From the sequence record SRR20825019_1579: a DNA stretch of 39,954 bases; one strand, given 5' to 3'. The position numbers were made by a program, and so were the translations under genes. Every line of letters begins with the position of its first letter. The stretch's first letter is position 1. Under the pieces are notes generated by a model. The model worked only from the letters and a program-made list of their open reading frames with translations, ran no database searches and was not told the origin of the DNA. Positions 27,439 through 36,578 of this stretch are shown here, piece after piece.

Positions 27439-28860
27439 CTAGCTGTTTAAGCTCATAATAGCCTTTTCATTTACAAACTCTTTCATACCAAAGCCACCAT
27501 GTTCTCTACCATATCCTGAGTTTTTAACGCCTCCAAATGGCATGTTAGGTTGTGCTAATCCAAATGAATTAATAAACACCATACCAGTATCAAAATGATT
27601 TTTAGCAAGCGCAAAGGCTTTGTCTTCATCTTTAGAGAAGATACCACCACCAAGACCAAATCTACTATCATTGGCAATACGCATAGCATCTTCATTATCT
27701 TTAGCTCTAATTAATGACGCAACAGGACCAAAAAGCTCATCATCATAAGCTGGCTGTCCTGGTTTCACATTTTCAAGAATTGTTGCTGGATAGTAAAATC
27801 CGTCGCCTTGTGGAAGTTCTCCACCTACAAGAATTTTTGCTCCTTTAGCAACACTTTCTTTAAGCTGTGTATGTATTTTATTACGTAAATCTTCACGTGC
27901 CATTGGGCCGATGTCTGAATCTTCATCCATAGGATTACCGTGTTTAATATCCTTCATTCCCTTAACAAATGCTTCTTTAAACTTATCATACACGGCATCT
28001 ACTACCACAAAACGTTTTGCAGCAACACAAGTTTCTCCATTATTATAAATACGTCCTTCTACACTTGTTTTAGCAGCTAACTCTACATCTGCATCATCTA
28101 AAACTAAGTAAGCATCATTACTACCAAGCTCCATTACTGTTTTCTTTAATGCAGCACTTGCTTTTTGAGCAACTACTTTACCTCCTTCTGCACTACCAGT
28201 CATCGTAACTCCTCTCACAAGGTCGTTTTCTATAACCTTATCAGACTGTTCATGGTTCATTACTAAAACAGTGAATAAATGTTTTGGCAAGCCAGCATCC
28301 TCATAAACTTTCTGTAAGAATTTAGCAGAACCTGTAACATTTTCTGCGTGCTTTAGCAATACTCCGTTACCTGCCATTAAGTTAGATATACTATATCTTA
28401 CTGCCTGATAGCAAGGAAAATTCCAAGGCTGTATACCATATACAATACCAATAGGAGAATGAGTAATAACTCCTTTTCCTCCTTCAGGTAATTCACGCTC
28501 TATATCTTTAAGAACGTCTGCTCCAGTATTTGCAGTATAATCACAAATTCCTGCACAAAGCTCTACTTCTTGCAAACCTTGCTTATAAACTTTACCCATT
28601 TCTTGAGTCATAAGCTTGGCATATTCCTCTTTACGCTCTTTTAAAAGTTTACCTATAGATTTAAGTACTTTACCACGTTCTTCAAAAGATTTAGATTTCC
28701 ACTCTGTAAATGCTTCGTGGCATTTCTCTACAGCATTTGTAACATCTTCATCACTCATATAGGTATATTCTTCAATTACCTTTCCTGTATGAGGATTAAT
28801 AGTGTTAAACCCATTTTCTCTTTCTCTATTTATTATCTCTATTTCTTTTTCTAGTATCAT
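27439..28860 (-). CDS. NAD-dependent succinate-semialdehyde dehydrogenase-like aldehyde dehydrogenase
   Basis: PWNFP, TGS, MELGSND, NNGETC, ELFGPV, PFGGVKNSGYGRE. Confidence 0.9.
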   Translation of the reverse strand: MILEKEIEIINRERENGFNTINPHTGKVIEEYTYMSDEDVTNAVEKCHEAFTEWKSKSFEERGKVLKSIGKLLKERKEEYAKLMTQEMGKVYKQGLQEVELCAGICDYTANTGADVLKDIERELPEGGKGVITHSPIGIVYGIQPWNFPCYQAVRYSISNLMAGNGVLLKHAENVTGSAKFLQKVYEDAGLPKHLFTVLVMNHEQSDKVIENDLVRGVTMTGSAEGGKVVAQKASAALKKTVMELGSNDAYLVLDDADVELAAKTSVEGRIYNNGETCVAAKRFVVVDAVYDKFKEAFVKGMKDIKHGNPMDEDSDIGPMAREDLRNKIHTQLKESVAKGAKILVGGELPQGDGFYYPATILENVKPGQPAYDDELFGPVASLIRAKDNEDAMRIANDSRFGLGGGIFSKDEDKAFALAKNHFDTGMVFINSFGLAQPNMPFGGVKNSGYGREHGGFGMKEFVNEKAIMSLNS

Positions 28861-28906
28861 TTTTTCTTTTTTTTTGGTTAATTAAAAAGCTAAGTCTTAT
28901 TAAGTT

Positions 28907-30022
28907 TTAGCTTGTTGGTATAAGGTCTCTAGTTTTGGCTTCATAATCTATATAGCCTTCAGGACCTTGTGAATAAAAGGTATTGGCATCCCATTCTGCA
29001 GTCGGTATATTTTCTTTAAATCGACCTACTAAGTCTGGATTCGATATATATAGTTTTCCAAAAGCAACAAGGTCTGCATCACCATTTTCTATTACTTTAT
29101 TAGCGGTATCTTTTGTAAACCCAGTATTTATCATTAATGTCCCTGAATATTTAGGACGGTATCGCTTTGCAATATGCTCTTCTGCATAATCAACACCTGA
29201 GACATCTGTAAAAGGCTCAGATAAATGTATGTAGGATAAATCGTATTCTTTTTCTAATCTTTCAATCACATAGTCGAATGTTGGGATGGTATCTTCAACG
29301 ACTTCCATTCCAAATGTACCGTGTAATGATGGATTAAATCGAGCTCCTATCCTATTCTGCGGAATTACCTGTTTTACAGCATCTAAAACTTCAAAAAAGA
29401 AACGCGCTCTGTTTTCTATGCTTCCGCCGTATTGGTCGTCTCTTTTATTACTGAAGCTACTGAAGAATTGATGAAATAGATATCCGTTTGAAGAATGTAT
29501 CTCTACGCCATCAAAACCTGCTTCAACTGCATTTTTTGCTGCTTGCTTAAAATCATTTACTGTAATTTTTATTTCCTCAAGTGTCATTGCCTTTGGGGTT
29601 ACAGTATCTTTAAAACCTTCTGGAGTATAAGATTGTGCGTGTGGATTTATGGCTGATGGTGCTACTGGCAAATCGCCATCATGAAAATCTGGATGACTCA
29701 TACGGCCTACATGCCATAATTGTATAAAAATACGTCCGCCAGCATCGTGTACACTTTTTGTTACTTTTTTCCAGCCTTCTACTTGTGCTTTAGAGTGTAT
29801 TCCTGCAGTATGTATGTAACCAACTGCTTGTTTAGATACTTGCGCACCTTCTGTAATTATGAGTCCTGCTGTAGCACGTTGTGTGTAATATTCTACGTGC
29901 AAGTCTGTAGGTGCATTTTCATCGTTTACAGCGCGACTACGTGTCATAGGTGCCATTACTGCACGATTAAGTAACGACAAGTCGCCAATTTTATGTGGTT
30001 GTAATATAGGTTGATCTTTCAT
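28907..30022 (-). CDS. Alkene reductase (old yellow enzyme/NemA family)
   Basis: MAPMTRSRA, QLWHVGR, GFDGVEIHSSNGYL, NPDL. ATG 30022 preferred; TATATTTG promoter at 30044-30051. Confidence 0.93.
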   Translation of the reverse strand: MKDQPILQPHKIGDLSLLNRAVMAPMTRSRAVNDENAPTDLHVEYYTQRATAGLIITEGAQVSKQAVGYIHTAGIHSKAQVEGWKKVTKSVHDAGGRIFIQLWHVGRMSHPDFHDGDLPVAPSAINPHAQSYTPEGFKDTVTPKAMTLEEIKITVNDFKQAAKNAVEAGFDGVEIHSSNGYLFHQFFSSFSNKRDDQYGGSIENRARFFFEVLDAVKQVIPQNRIGARFNPSLHGTFGMEVVEDTIPTFDYVIERLEKEYDLSYIHLSEPFTDVSGVDYAEEHIAKRYRPKYSGTLMINTGFTKDTANKVIENGDADLVAFGKLYISNPDLVGRFKENIPTAEWDANTFYSQGPEGYIDYEAKTRDLIPTS

Positions 30023-30107
30023 TGTAATTTTTTTGGTTTTACCCAAATATACAATGAAGAACAGCTTGAAATGCTTGACGTACGTTAGCGTAAGCTGTTA
30101 AAGATAG

Positions 30108-30692
30108 TTAAGAGGCTATTTCTAGCTGTTTCCTAATACGGCTTAAGCTTTCTGGTTTTATACCAAGATAGTTTGCTATATGGTAGTTTGCTACACGACT
30201 TTCAATTCTAGGATAAGATTTACAAAAATCTATATAGCGTTCTGTTGCAGATTTCTCTAATGTTGATAAGACACGTTTTCTAAGAGACACAAATGCTCCT
30301 GCTGTTTTAATTCTGAAGAATCGTTCAAATTTTGGAATACGGATATATAGAGTTTCAAGTATGGCTTTATCTAACTTCAAAACTACAGAGTCTTCAATTG
30401 CTTCAACATAGAGTTTAGCTGGTTCATTGTTAAAGAAGGCTTCAAAATCACTAATCCACCAATCTTCAATAGCAAATTGAATAATGTGTTTTTCGCCGTG
30501 AGAATCTAGATAGTATGCTTTCAAACAGCCTTTTAGAACATAGAACTCTGAATTTACAACATCGCCAGGTTGAATTAAAAAGTGTTTCTTAGAAACTTTC
30601 TCTTCAGTAAACAAGCTTAAAAACTCTGTCATCTCACTTTCTGTGAGATCTATTACCTTATTAACGTGTTGTCTTAATTTTTCACTGGCCAT
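30108..30692 (-). CDS. Crp/Fnr family transcriptional regulator
   Basis: FYVLKGCLKAY cNMP-binding fold, IANYLGIKPESLSRIRK HTH. Confidence 0.93.
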   Translation of the reverse strand: MASEKLRQHVNKVIDLTESEMTEFLSLFTEEKVSKKHFLIQPGDVVNSEFYVLKGCLKAYYLDSHGEKHIIQFAIEDWWISDFEAFFNNEPAKLYVEAIEDSVVLKLDKAILETLYIRIPKFERFFRIKTAGAFVSLRKRVLSTLEKSATERYIDFCKSYPRIESRVANYHIANYLGIKPESLSRIRKQLEIAS

Positions 30693-30770
30693 TACACAAA
30701 TATAGACTTTAGTTAAAATGACTCACGTTAAAAAAATTAAAAAAAACTGGCGTTGTTTAGCATTTAGGAT

Positions 30771-31547
30771 TTAGTTAAGACCTCCAGAAATTTTCTTCTG
30801 ATAACGGCCTTGTACTATATCTATAATAACCAATGTTATGATAACAAAGTAGAATGTTCCTTTACTCATTGGAGTAATTTCACTTCCAAAAAACTCCATA
30901 TGTGCTAAATGGCCACCTTCGCTCATTAGCATAATTCCTACTATAAATAATATAAATAGTCCCAATACTTCATACATACGGTTCTTCTTCAAGAAGGCAG
31001 TTACTTTTCCTGCTAACCAAATCATCATAACACCACCAATTACAATTGCTACAGCCATTACCCAAAAGACATCGGTTAATGCAATGGCACTTAAAATTGA
31101 ATCGAATGAGAATACAAGGTTCATTATAATGATTGAGATAATAATTCTTGTAACACTTTTTTGTTTTGAATTATGCTGATCTTCATTGTGCTCTTTAAAA
31201 GACATCATATGCCAGATTTCTTTTACTGAAGTATAAATTATGAAAACACCACCTGCTAAAACAATAAGGCTGTGAATATTAAACTCACCACCAACTATAC
31301 CTTCTAAATGAAAACCAAAAACAGGATCTTGAAACAAATCGATTAAACTTACCAAGACAAAGAGCAATACAATGCGTAAAACTATAGCTATTCCTATTCC
31401 TAATAAACGCACTCGCTTTTGTTCACTAGGTGGTGCTTGACCGCTTTCCATGGATATATAAAGTAAGTTATCTAACCCTAAAACCATTTGCAAGAGAGTT
31501 AGCATACCTAAAGTGATAAAATTATCGAGTGTAAAAAGACCTTCCAT
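30771..31547 (-). CDS. TerC family membrane protein
   Basis: VLGLDNLLYI, VFSFDSILSA, multiple TM helices; TATCTTTG promoter at 31580-31587. Confidence 0.92.
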   Translation of the reverse strand: MEGLFTLDNFITLGMLTLLQMVLGLDNLLYISMESGQAPPSEQKRVRLLGIGIAIVLRIVLLFVLVSLIDLFQDPVFGFHLEGIVGGEFNIHSLIVLAGGVFIIYTSVKEIWHMMSFKEHNEDQHNSKQKSVTRIIISIIIMNLVFSFDSILSAIALTDVFWVMAVAIVIGGVMMIWLAGKVTAFLKKNRMYEVLGLFILFIVGIMLMSEGGHLAHMEFFGSEITPMSKGTFYFVIITLVIIDIVQGRYQKKISGGLN

Positions 31548-31605
31548 TTTAGTTAGTGTATTTATTGTATAGTTTAGGTCAAAGATACTTTTTAAGAAGA
31601 CAATT

Positions 31606-31638
31606 AAAAATAAAAAACCTCTTCGGTGAGGAAGAGGT
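31606..31638 (-). terminator. Orphan intrinsic terminator in the terC-terC intergenic region
   Basis: Minus strand ACCTCTTC-ctcacc-GAAGAGGT-TTTTTATTTTT; no minus-strand CDS ends near it. Confidence 0.75.
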
Positions 31639-31710
31639 CTTTATTGATAACTAATTAAGTGGAAAAACTAAACTTAAAACTTATACCCTAAAAAATAATT
31701 AGTTATTCTA
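31606..31710 (-). ncRNA. Candidate small RNA (5' end uncertain)
   Basis: An 11-bp perfect inverted repeat (31647-31657/31696-31706) encloses a G/U-rich loop and is followed by the orphan terminator. Confidence 0.4.
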
Positions 31711-32024
31711 AAACTTTTAAATAAAAGAGGTGATTTTAATAATACAGGATAAAACTATACTATAATTCTCTATTAAAATACCAAAAATTGAATTTTTAGA
31801 ATATTTTTATCAAATAATTAAAGAATATTTATTTTTAATAAGAATTATTTGCCAAATTTATGTTAACAATATAAGCGAGTATAGATAATTAAAATTTATG
31901 GTTTTAAAAATATAGTGTATAACCCTTAAAATTTTAATTAATATAAATAGTGAGATAACAAGGCAAACCATAGATAATTAATCCTGAATTATCGAAATTT
32001 GCTTTTTAAAACCACTCAAGAACT

Positions 32025-32993
32025 ATGCTTACAGTCTGGATTATATTTATCGTATTTATACTTATTTGTCTTGCATTAGATCTTGGCGTATTTAACAAAA
32101 AGGCACATATAATAAAGACTAAAGAAGCGTCAATATTTACTGCTGTCTGGGTTTCTTTTGCCCTTGCGTTTAGTGGCGTAATTTGGTGGTTGTTTTCACA
32201 AGGTATTGTAGAGAATCCAACAAATCTCACAGCAGATAATGCCGTACTTAAATACATTACCGGTTACCTTATAGAGCTTTCTTTAAGTATTGATAATGTT
32301 TTTGTGATTGCTGTAATATTTTCATCTTTTAATATTCCGCAATTATACCAACATAAGGTGTTGTTTTGGGGAATTTTAGGTGCTATTGTTTTTAGAGCAT
32401 TAATGATTTTCTTTGGGGTTGCGCTTATTACTAAGTTTGATTGGATAATTTATGTATTTGGCGCCTTCTTACTTTACACAGCATTTAAAATGTTAAAGAG
32501 TGACGACAGTCACTTTAACCCAAAGCAATCTTGGATTTTTAAGACTATAAAAAAAGTGTACCCTATCACTACTGCTACAGATGGCGATAAGTTTTTTATT
32601 CGCCGTATGGGTATTAAAGCAGCCACTCCTCTATTTATGGCTCTTTTAGTAATAGAGCTTACAGACATACTATTTGCATTGGACAGTATTCCTGCAATCC
32701 TTGCCATTACAGAAGATCCATTTATTGTATTCTCTTCTAATATCTTTGCAATATTAGGTTTACGTTCTATGTATTTTTTAATTTCCAGAATGCTCGAAAA
32801 GTTCAGATATATTAACTACAGTTTAGTTGTTATACTAACCTTTGTAGGCTTAAAAATGATTTTTGTTCATCATATTGAAATACCTGAATGGCTTTCATTA
32901 GCTGTAATAGTAGTGGCTCTTGCTGGTGGTATTTTAGCTTCGGTTTTAATTAAGAATCCTCAAGCAAGTGATGCAATAGATGGCTCTAATTAA
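32025..32993 (+). CDS. TerC/Alx family metal homeostasis membrane protein
   Basis: GYLIELSLSIDNVFV, VLFWGILGAIVFRALMI, IELTDILFALDSIPA, SNIFAILGLRSMYF. Confidence 0.95.
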   Translation: MLTVWIIFIVFILICLALDLGVFNKKAHIIKTKEASIFTAVWVSFALAFSGVIWWLFSQGIVENPTNLTADNAVLKYITGYLIELSLSIDNVFVIAVIFSSFNIPQLYQHKVLFWGILGAIVFRALMIFFGVALITKFDWIIYVFGAFLLYTAFKMLKSDDSHFNPKQSWIFKTIKKVYPITTATDGDKFFIRRMGIKAATPLFMALLVIELTDILFALDSIPAILAITEDPFIVFSSNIFAILGLRSMYFLISRMLEKFRYINYSLVVILTFVGLKMIFVHHIEIPEWLSLAVIVVALAGGILASVLIKNPQASDAIDGSN

Positions 32994-33101
32994 GCTTAAT
33001 TACATTTAAAAAAACTTTAACCACATCTTAAAAAAAACCCAAATAGGCTGTAATATTTGCTATGCCTAAGCTTGTCTTGTATCTTAGTATAAAAATATAT
33101 T

Positions 33102-33404
33102 ATGGAGATTAACTTTAATTATGTGCACGTAAGCGCTAGTGAGCGTTTAGAAGCATTTACGACAGAAAAAATAAATAAATTAGCTAATAGATACGATTTT
33201 ATAGTAAAGGCAGATGTTTTCTTTAAAAAGGAAAACACATCTGAGCCAGATACAGGTATGATTGCAGAAATTAGATTAAGTGCACCTGGTCCTAGACTAT
33301 TTGCAGAATCTAGTAATAGTAATTTTGAACACGCTGTTGCAGAAGTTGCCGAACAATTAAAAACGCAATTAGATAAGCGAAAAGCTTCTATGAAAACGTA
33401 TTAA
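33102..33404 (+). CDS. hpf: Ribosome hibernation promoting factor (short HPF/RaiA)
   Basis: EKINKL...KADVFFKKE...LFAE...FEHAV...LKTQLDKRK; 100 aa. Confidence 0.88.
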   Translation: MEINFNYVHVSASERLEAFTTEKINKLANRYDFIVKADVFFKKENTSEPDTGMIAEIRLSAPGPRLFAESSNSNFEHAVAEVAEQLKTQLDKRKASMKTY

Positions 33405-33437
33405 TAGTTACGATACTAACTAATCCTTAAAAATATA

Positions 33438-33893
33438 ATGGGCGTGATAGCACAAGATAATAAACAAATGAATTTCTATTATTCAGAAGACTCTAGTATA
33501 GCCAAGCAAGCTCTTGGCTACCTAGAAGCTTCAGAAAAGAAAATTCAACTTATAAATATTAACGAAACTAAACTTACCGGTACACAATGGGCAGAATTAT
33601 CCCAAGGTGTTGGTACTACTATAGACGGATTAATTTCAAAAGACCATCCTAGTGCAAAAGATGTAATTAAAGATGGAGATTTTGATGAACACGATTGGAT
33701 AGATATTTTAAATAACTGTCCTCAGGTATTTGAGTATCCAGTAGCTATGAATGGGGCGTCTTTTCTTTTGGTAAAAACACCATCAGATATCCTTAAGTTC
33801 TACGGTGTAGACAGTCCTGCTTTAAACAAACCAAAACTTGGCGAGGAGCAAGACACTAAACCAGCTTCAAAAAATGATAATTATATCGAGTAA
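33438..33893 (+). CDS. ArsC/Spx-like thioredoxin-fold protein lacking the N-terminal catalytic Cys
   Basis: FYYSEDSSIAKQALGYL, WIDILNNCPQVFEYPVA resemble the ArsC family pattern. Confidence 0.65.
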   Translation: MGVIAQDNKQMNFYYSEDSSIAKQALGYLEASEKKIQLININETKLTGTQWAELSQGVGTTIDGLISKDHPSAKDVIKDGDFDEHDWIDILNNCPQVFEYPVAMNGASFLLVKTPSDILKFYGVDSPALNKPKLGEEQDTKPASKNDNYIE

Positions 33894-33923
33894 TTCGTCA
33901 CTTTTATTAGTTTCAAATTAAAC

Positions 33924-33957
33924 AAAATGCAATTGAACATCTCAATTGCATTTTTTT
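33924..33957 (+). terminator. Intrinsic terminator
   Basis: AAAATGCAATTGA-acatc-TCAATTGCATTTTTTT. Confidence 0.88.
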
Positions 33958-34079
33958 ATTGCAAATTTCATTAGAAATATGACTTTTAATTATTGAATTG
34001 TTAGTTATTTAGCATATTGCTGTATTGGTTTTCAGATGCATTTCCATTACCTTTGCATGATAAAATTTGAATCATAATT

Positions 34080-36485
34080 ATGCAAAAATCGCCATCCACA
34101 GCTAAAGATATTTCTTTTGAAGATTTTAAGACAGAAGTTTTAAATGATTACAAGCTTGCCGTAACCAGTAGAGAGTGCAGTTTACTAGGACGTCGCGAGG
34201 TACTTACAGGTAAAGCTAAATTCGGAATTTTTGGAGATGGTAAAGAGGTACCACAGTTAGCATTGGCTAAAGCCTTTAAAAATGGAGACTTTAGAAGTGG
34301 TTACTATAGAGACCAAACCTTTATGATGGCAATTGGCGCATTAAACATACAACAGTTTTTTGCAGGCCTTTATGCTAACACAGACTTAGAAAAAGAGCCA
34401 ATGAGTGCAGGACGCCAAATGGGTGGTCACTTTGCAACTCACAGTTTAAACGAAGATGGTTCTTGGAAAAACTTAATGCAACAAAAAAACAGCAGTGCAG
34501 ACATCTCTCCTACTGCTGGACAAATGCCAAGACTTTTAGGTTTAGCACAAGCTTCTAAAATTTACAGACACGTAGATGGTATAGATGCTGAAAAATTTTC
34601 TGATAAAGGAAATGAAATTGCTTGGGGAACTATAGGTAACGCAAGTACTAGTGAAGGTTTATTCTGGGAAACTATTAATGCCGCAGGTGTCTTACAGGTA
34701 CCTATGGTTATGAGTGTTTGGGATGATGAATACGGTATTTCTGTTCACGCAAGACACCAAACAACAAAAGAAAATATATCAACTATCCTTAGCGGCTTTC
34801 AAAGAGATGACGAGCACAAAGGTTTTGAAATAATGGTTGTAAAAGGTTGGGATTATGCAGCATTGGTAGATACTTACCAAAAAGCAAGTGCACTTGCAAG
34901 AGAAAAGCATGTGCCTGTTTTAATTCACGTAAACCAACTTACACAACCACAAGGACATTCTACTTCTGGATCTCATGAGCGCTATAAGAGTGAAGATCGT
35001 TTAGCTTGGGAAAAGGAATACGATTGTAACGTACAGATGCGCCAATGGATGATTACTAACAACATTGCTACAGAAGAACAATTGTCTGAGATAGAAAAGG
35101 ATATTAAAAAGCAAGTAAGAGATGGTAAAAAAGCCGCTTGGTCAGATTTTACCAACATTTCAAAAGCACCACACCAAGAGGTGTTGCCTTTATTAAAAAA
35201 TCTTGCTGAATCCAGCTCTAACAAAACATTCATCAACGCATTATATGAGGAGCTAGCTTCTAAAAAAGAACCACTTAAGAAAGATTTGGTATCTTATTCT
35301 AGGAAGGCTTTACGCTATACTTTTGGAGAATCATCTGAAGCTAAATCTACACTAGAAAATTGGCTTACATCTTATATTGAAAAGGTTCAACCAAACTACA
35401 GCAGTCACTTAGTAAGTGAAAGCGAATGGAATGTCACAGGTGTTAATGAGGTAAAGCCAACATATGACGATAATTCAGAAGATGTTGATGCGCGTTTAAT
35501 ACTTAGAGATAACTTCGACCATATATTTTCTAATCATCCAGAAACATTAATATTTGGAGAAGATACCGGAGAAATTGGTGATGTAAACCAAGGTCTTGAA
35601 GGAATGCAGGAAAAATATGGTGAACTAAGAGTTGCAGATACTGGTATTAGAGAAGCAACTATTTTAGGTCAAGGTATAGGTATGGCGCTAAGAGGATTGC
35701 GTCCAATTGCAGAAATCCAATATTTAGATTACGTCTTGTATGCATTACAAATCATGAGTGATGATTTGGCTACATTACAATACAGAACTGTAGGAAAACA
35801 AAAAGCACCCTTAATCATAAGAACACGTGGTCACCGTTTAGAAGGTATATGGCATAGTGGCTCACCAATGGGAGCATTATTACATACTTTAAGAGGTATA
35901 CATATACTTGTTCCGAGAAACATGACTAAAGCGGCTGGATTTTACAACACTCTTTTAGAGGCAGATGAGCCTGCATTAATTGTAGAGTGCCTTAATGGTT
36001 ACCGTTTAAAAGAAAAAATGCCTACTAACCTAGGTGAGTTTAGAACACCTATTGGTGTGGTTGAAACTGTTAAAGAAGGTAAAGACATAACTTTAGTATC
36101 TTACGGGTCTACCTTAAGACTTGTACAGCAAGCAGCCAAAGAGCTACAAGAAGTTGGTATAGATGCTGAAATCATAGATACACAATCACTACTTCCTTTT
36201 GATATTAATCATGATATTGTTGAAAGTGTGAAAAATACTAACAGACTTCTAGTAATAGATGAAGATGTTCCTGGTGGAGCTTCAGCGTATATATTACAAC
36301 ACATTTTAGAAGAGCAAAACGCTTGGAGGTATTTAGACAGTAAACCAAAAACTCTTACTGCAAAAGCACATAGACCTGCTTACGGTACAGATGGTGATTA
36401 TTTTTCAAAACCATCAACCGAAGATATTTTTGATGCTGTTTATGAAATTATGCACGAAAGCAACCCAACTCAGTTTCCAAAATAG
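34080..36485 (+). CDS. 2-oxoacid dehydrogenase E1, fused alpha/beta subunits (likely branched-chain)
   Basis: GYYRD, GNASTSEG TPP site, GHSTSG, FGED, IAEIQYLDY; TACCTTTG promoter at 34048-34055. Confidence 0.92.
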   Translation: MQKSPSTAKDISFEDFKTEVLNDYKLAVTSRECSLLGRREVLTGKAKFGIFGDGKEVPQLALAKAFKNGDFRSGYYRDQTFMMAIGALNIQQFFAGLYANTDLEKEPMSAGRQMGGHFATHSLNEDGSWKNLMQQKNSSADISPTAGQMPRLLGLAQASKIYRHVDGIDAEKFSDKGNEIAWGTIGNASTSEGLFWETINAAGVLQVPMVMSVWDDEYGISVHARHQTTKENISTILSGFQRDDEHKGFEIMVVKGWDYAALVDTYQKASALAREKHVPVLIHVNQLTQPQGHSTSGSHERYKSEDRLAWEKEYDCNVQMRQWMITNNIATEEQLSEIEKDIKKQVRDGKKAAWSDFTNISKAPHQEVLPLLKNLAESSSNKTFINALYEELASKKEPLKKDLVSYSRKALRYTFGESSEAKSTLENWLTSYIEKVQPNYSSHLVSESEWNVTGVNEVKPTYDDNSEDVDARLILRDNFDHIFSNHPETLIFGEDTGEIGDVNQGLEGMQEKYGELRVADTGIREATILGQGIGMALRGLRPIAEIQYLDYVLYALQIMSDDLATLQYRTVGKQKAPLIIRTRGHRLEGIWHSGSPMGALLHTLRGIHILVPRNMTKAAGFYNTLLEADEPALIVECLNGYRLKEKMPTNLGEFRTPIGVVETVKEGKDITLVSYGSTLRLVQQAAKELQEVGIDAEIIDTQSLLPFDINHDIVESVKNTNRLLVIDEDVPGGASAYILQHILEEQNAWRYLDSKPKTLTAKAHRPAYGTDGDYFSKPSTEDIFDAVYEIMHESNPTQFPK

Positions 36486-36503
36486 AGCTAACACGTATTA
36501 TTT

Positions 36504-36533
36504 AAAGACCTGCCTTATGCAGGTCTTTTTTTT
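36504..36533 (+). terminator. Intrinsic terminator
   Basis: AAAGACCTGC-cttat-GCAGGTCTTTTTTTT. Confidence 0.9.
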
Positions 36534-36578
36534 ATGGTTAACTTTAGGTCACATAATTAATTGCCTAACCAACCTAAA

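Noticed and set aside
31841-31868. XerD-arm-like TTATGTTAACA
   Set aside because: No XerC-like arm at the 6-bp spacing; likely chance in AT-rich DNA.
31548-32024. yybP-ykoY manganese riboswitch expected before terC/alx
   Set aside because: Could not find the conserved purine-rich core on either strand by eye; a covariance search is needed for certainty.
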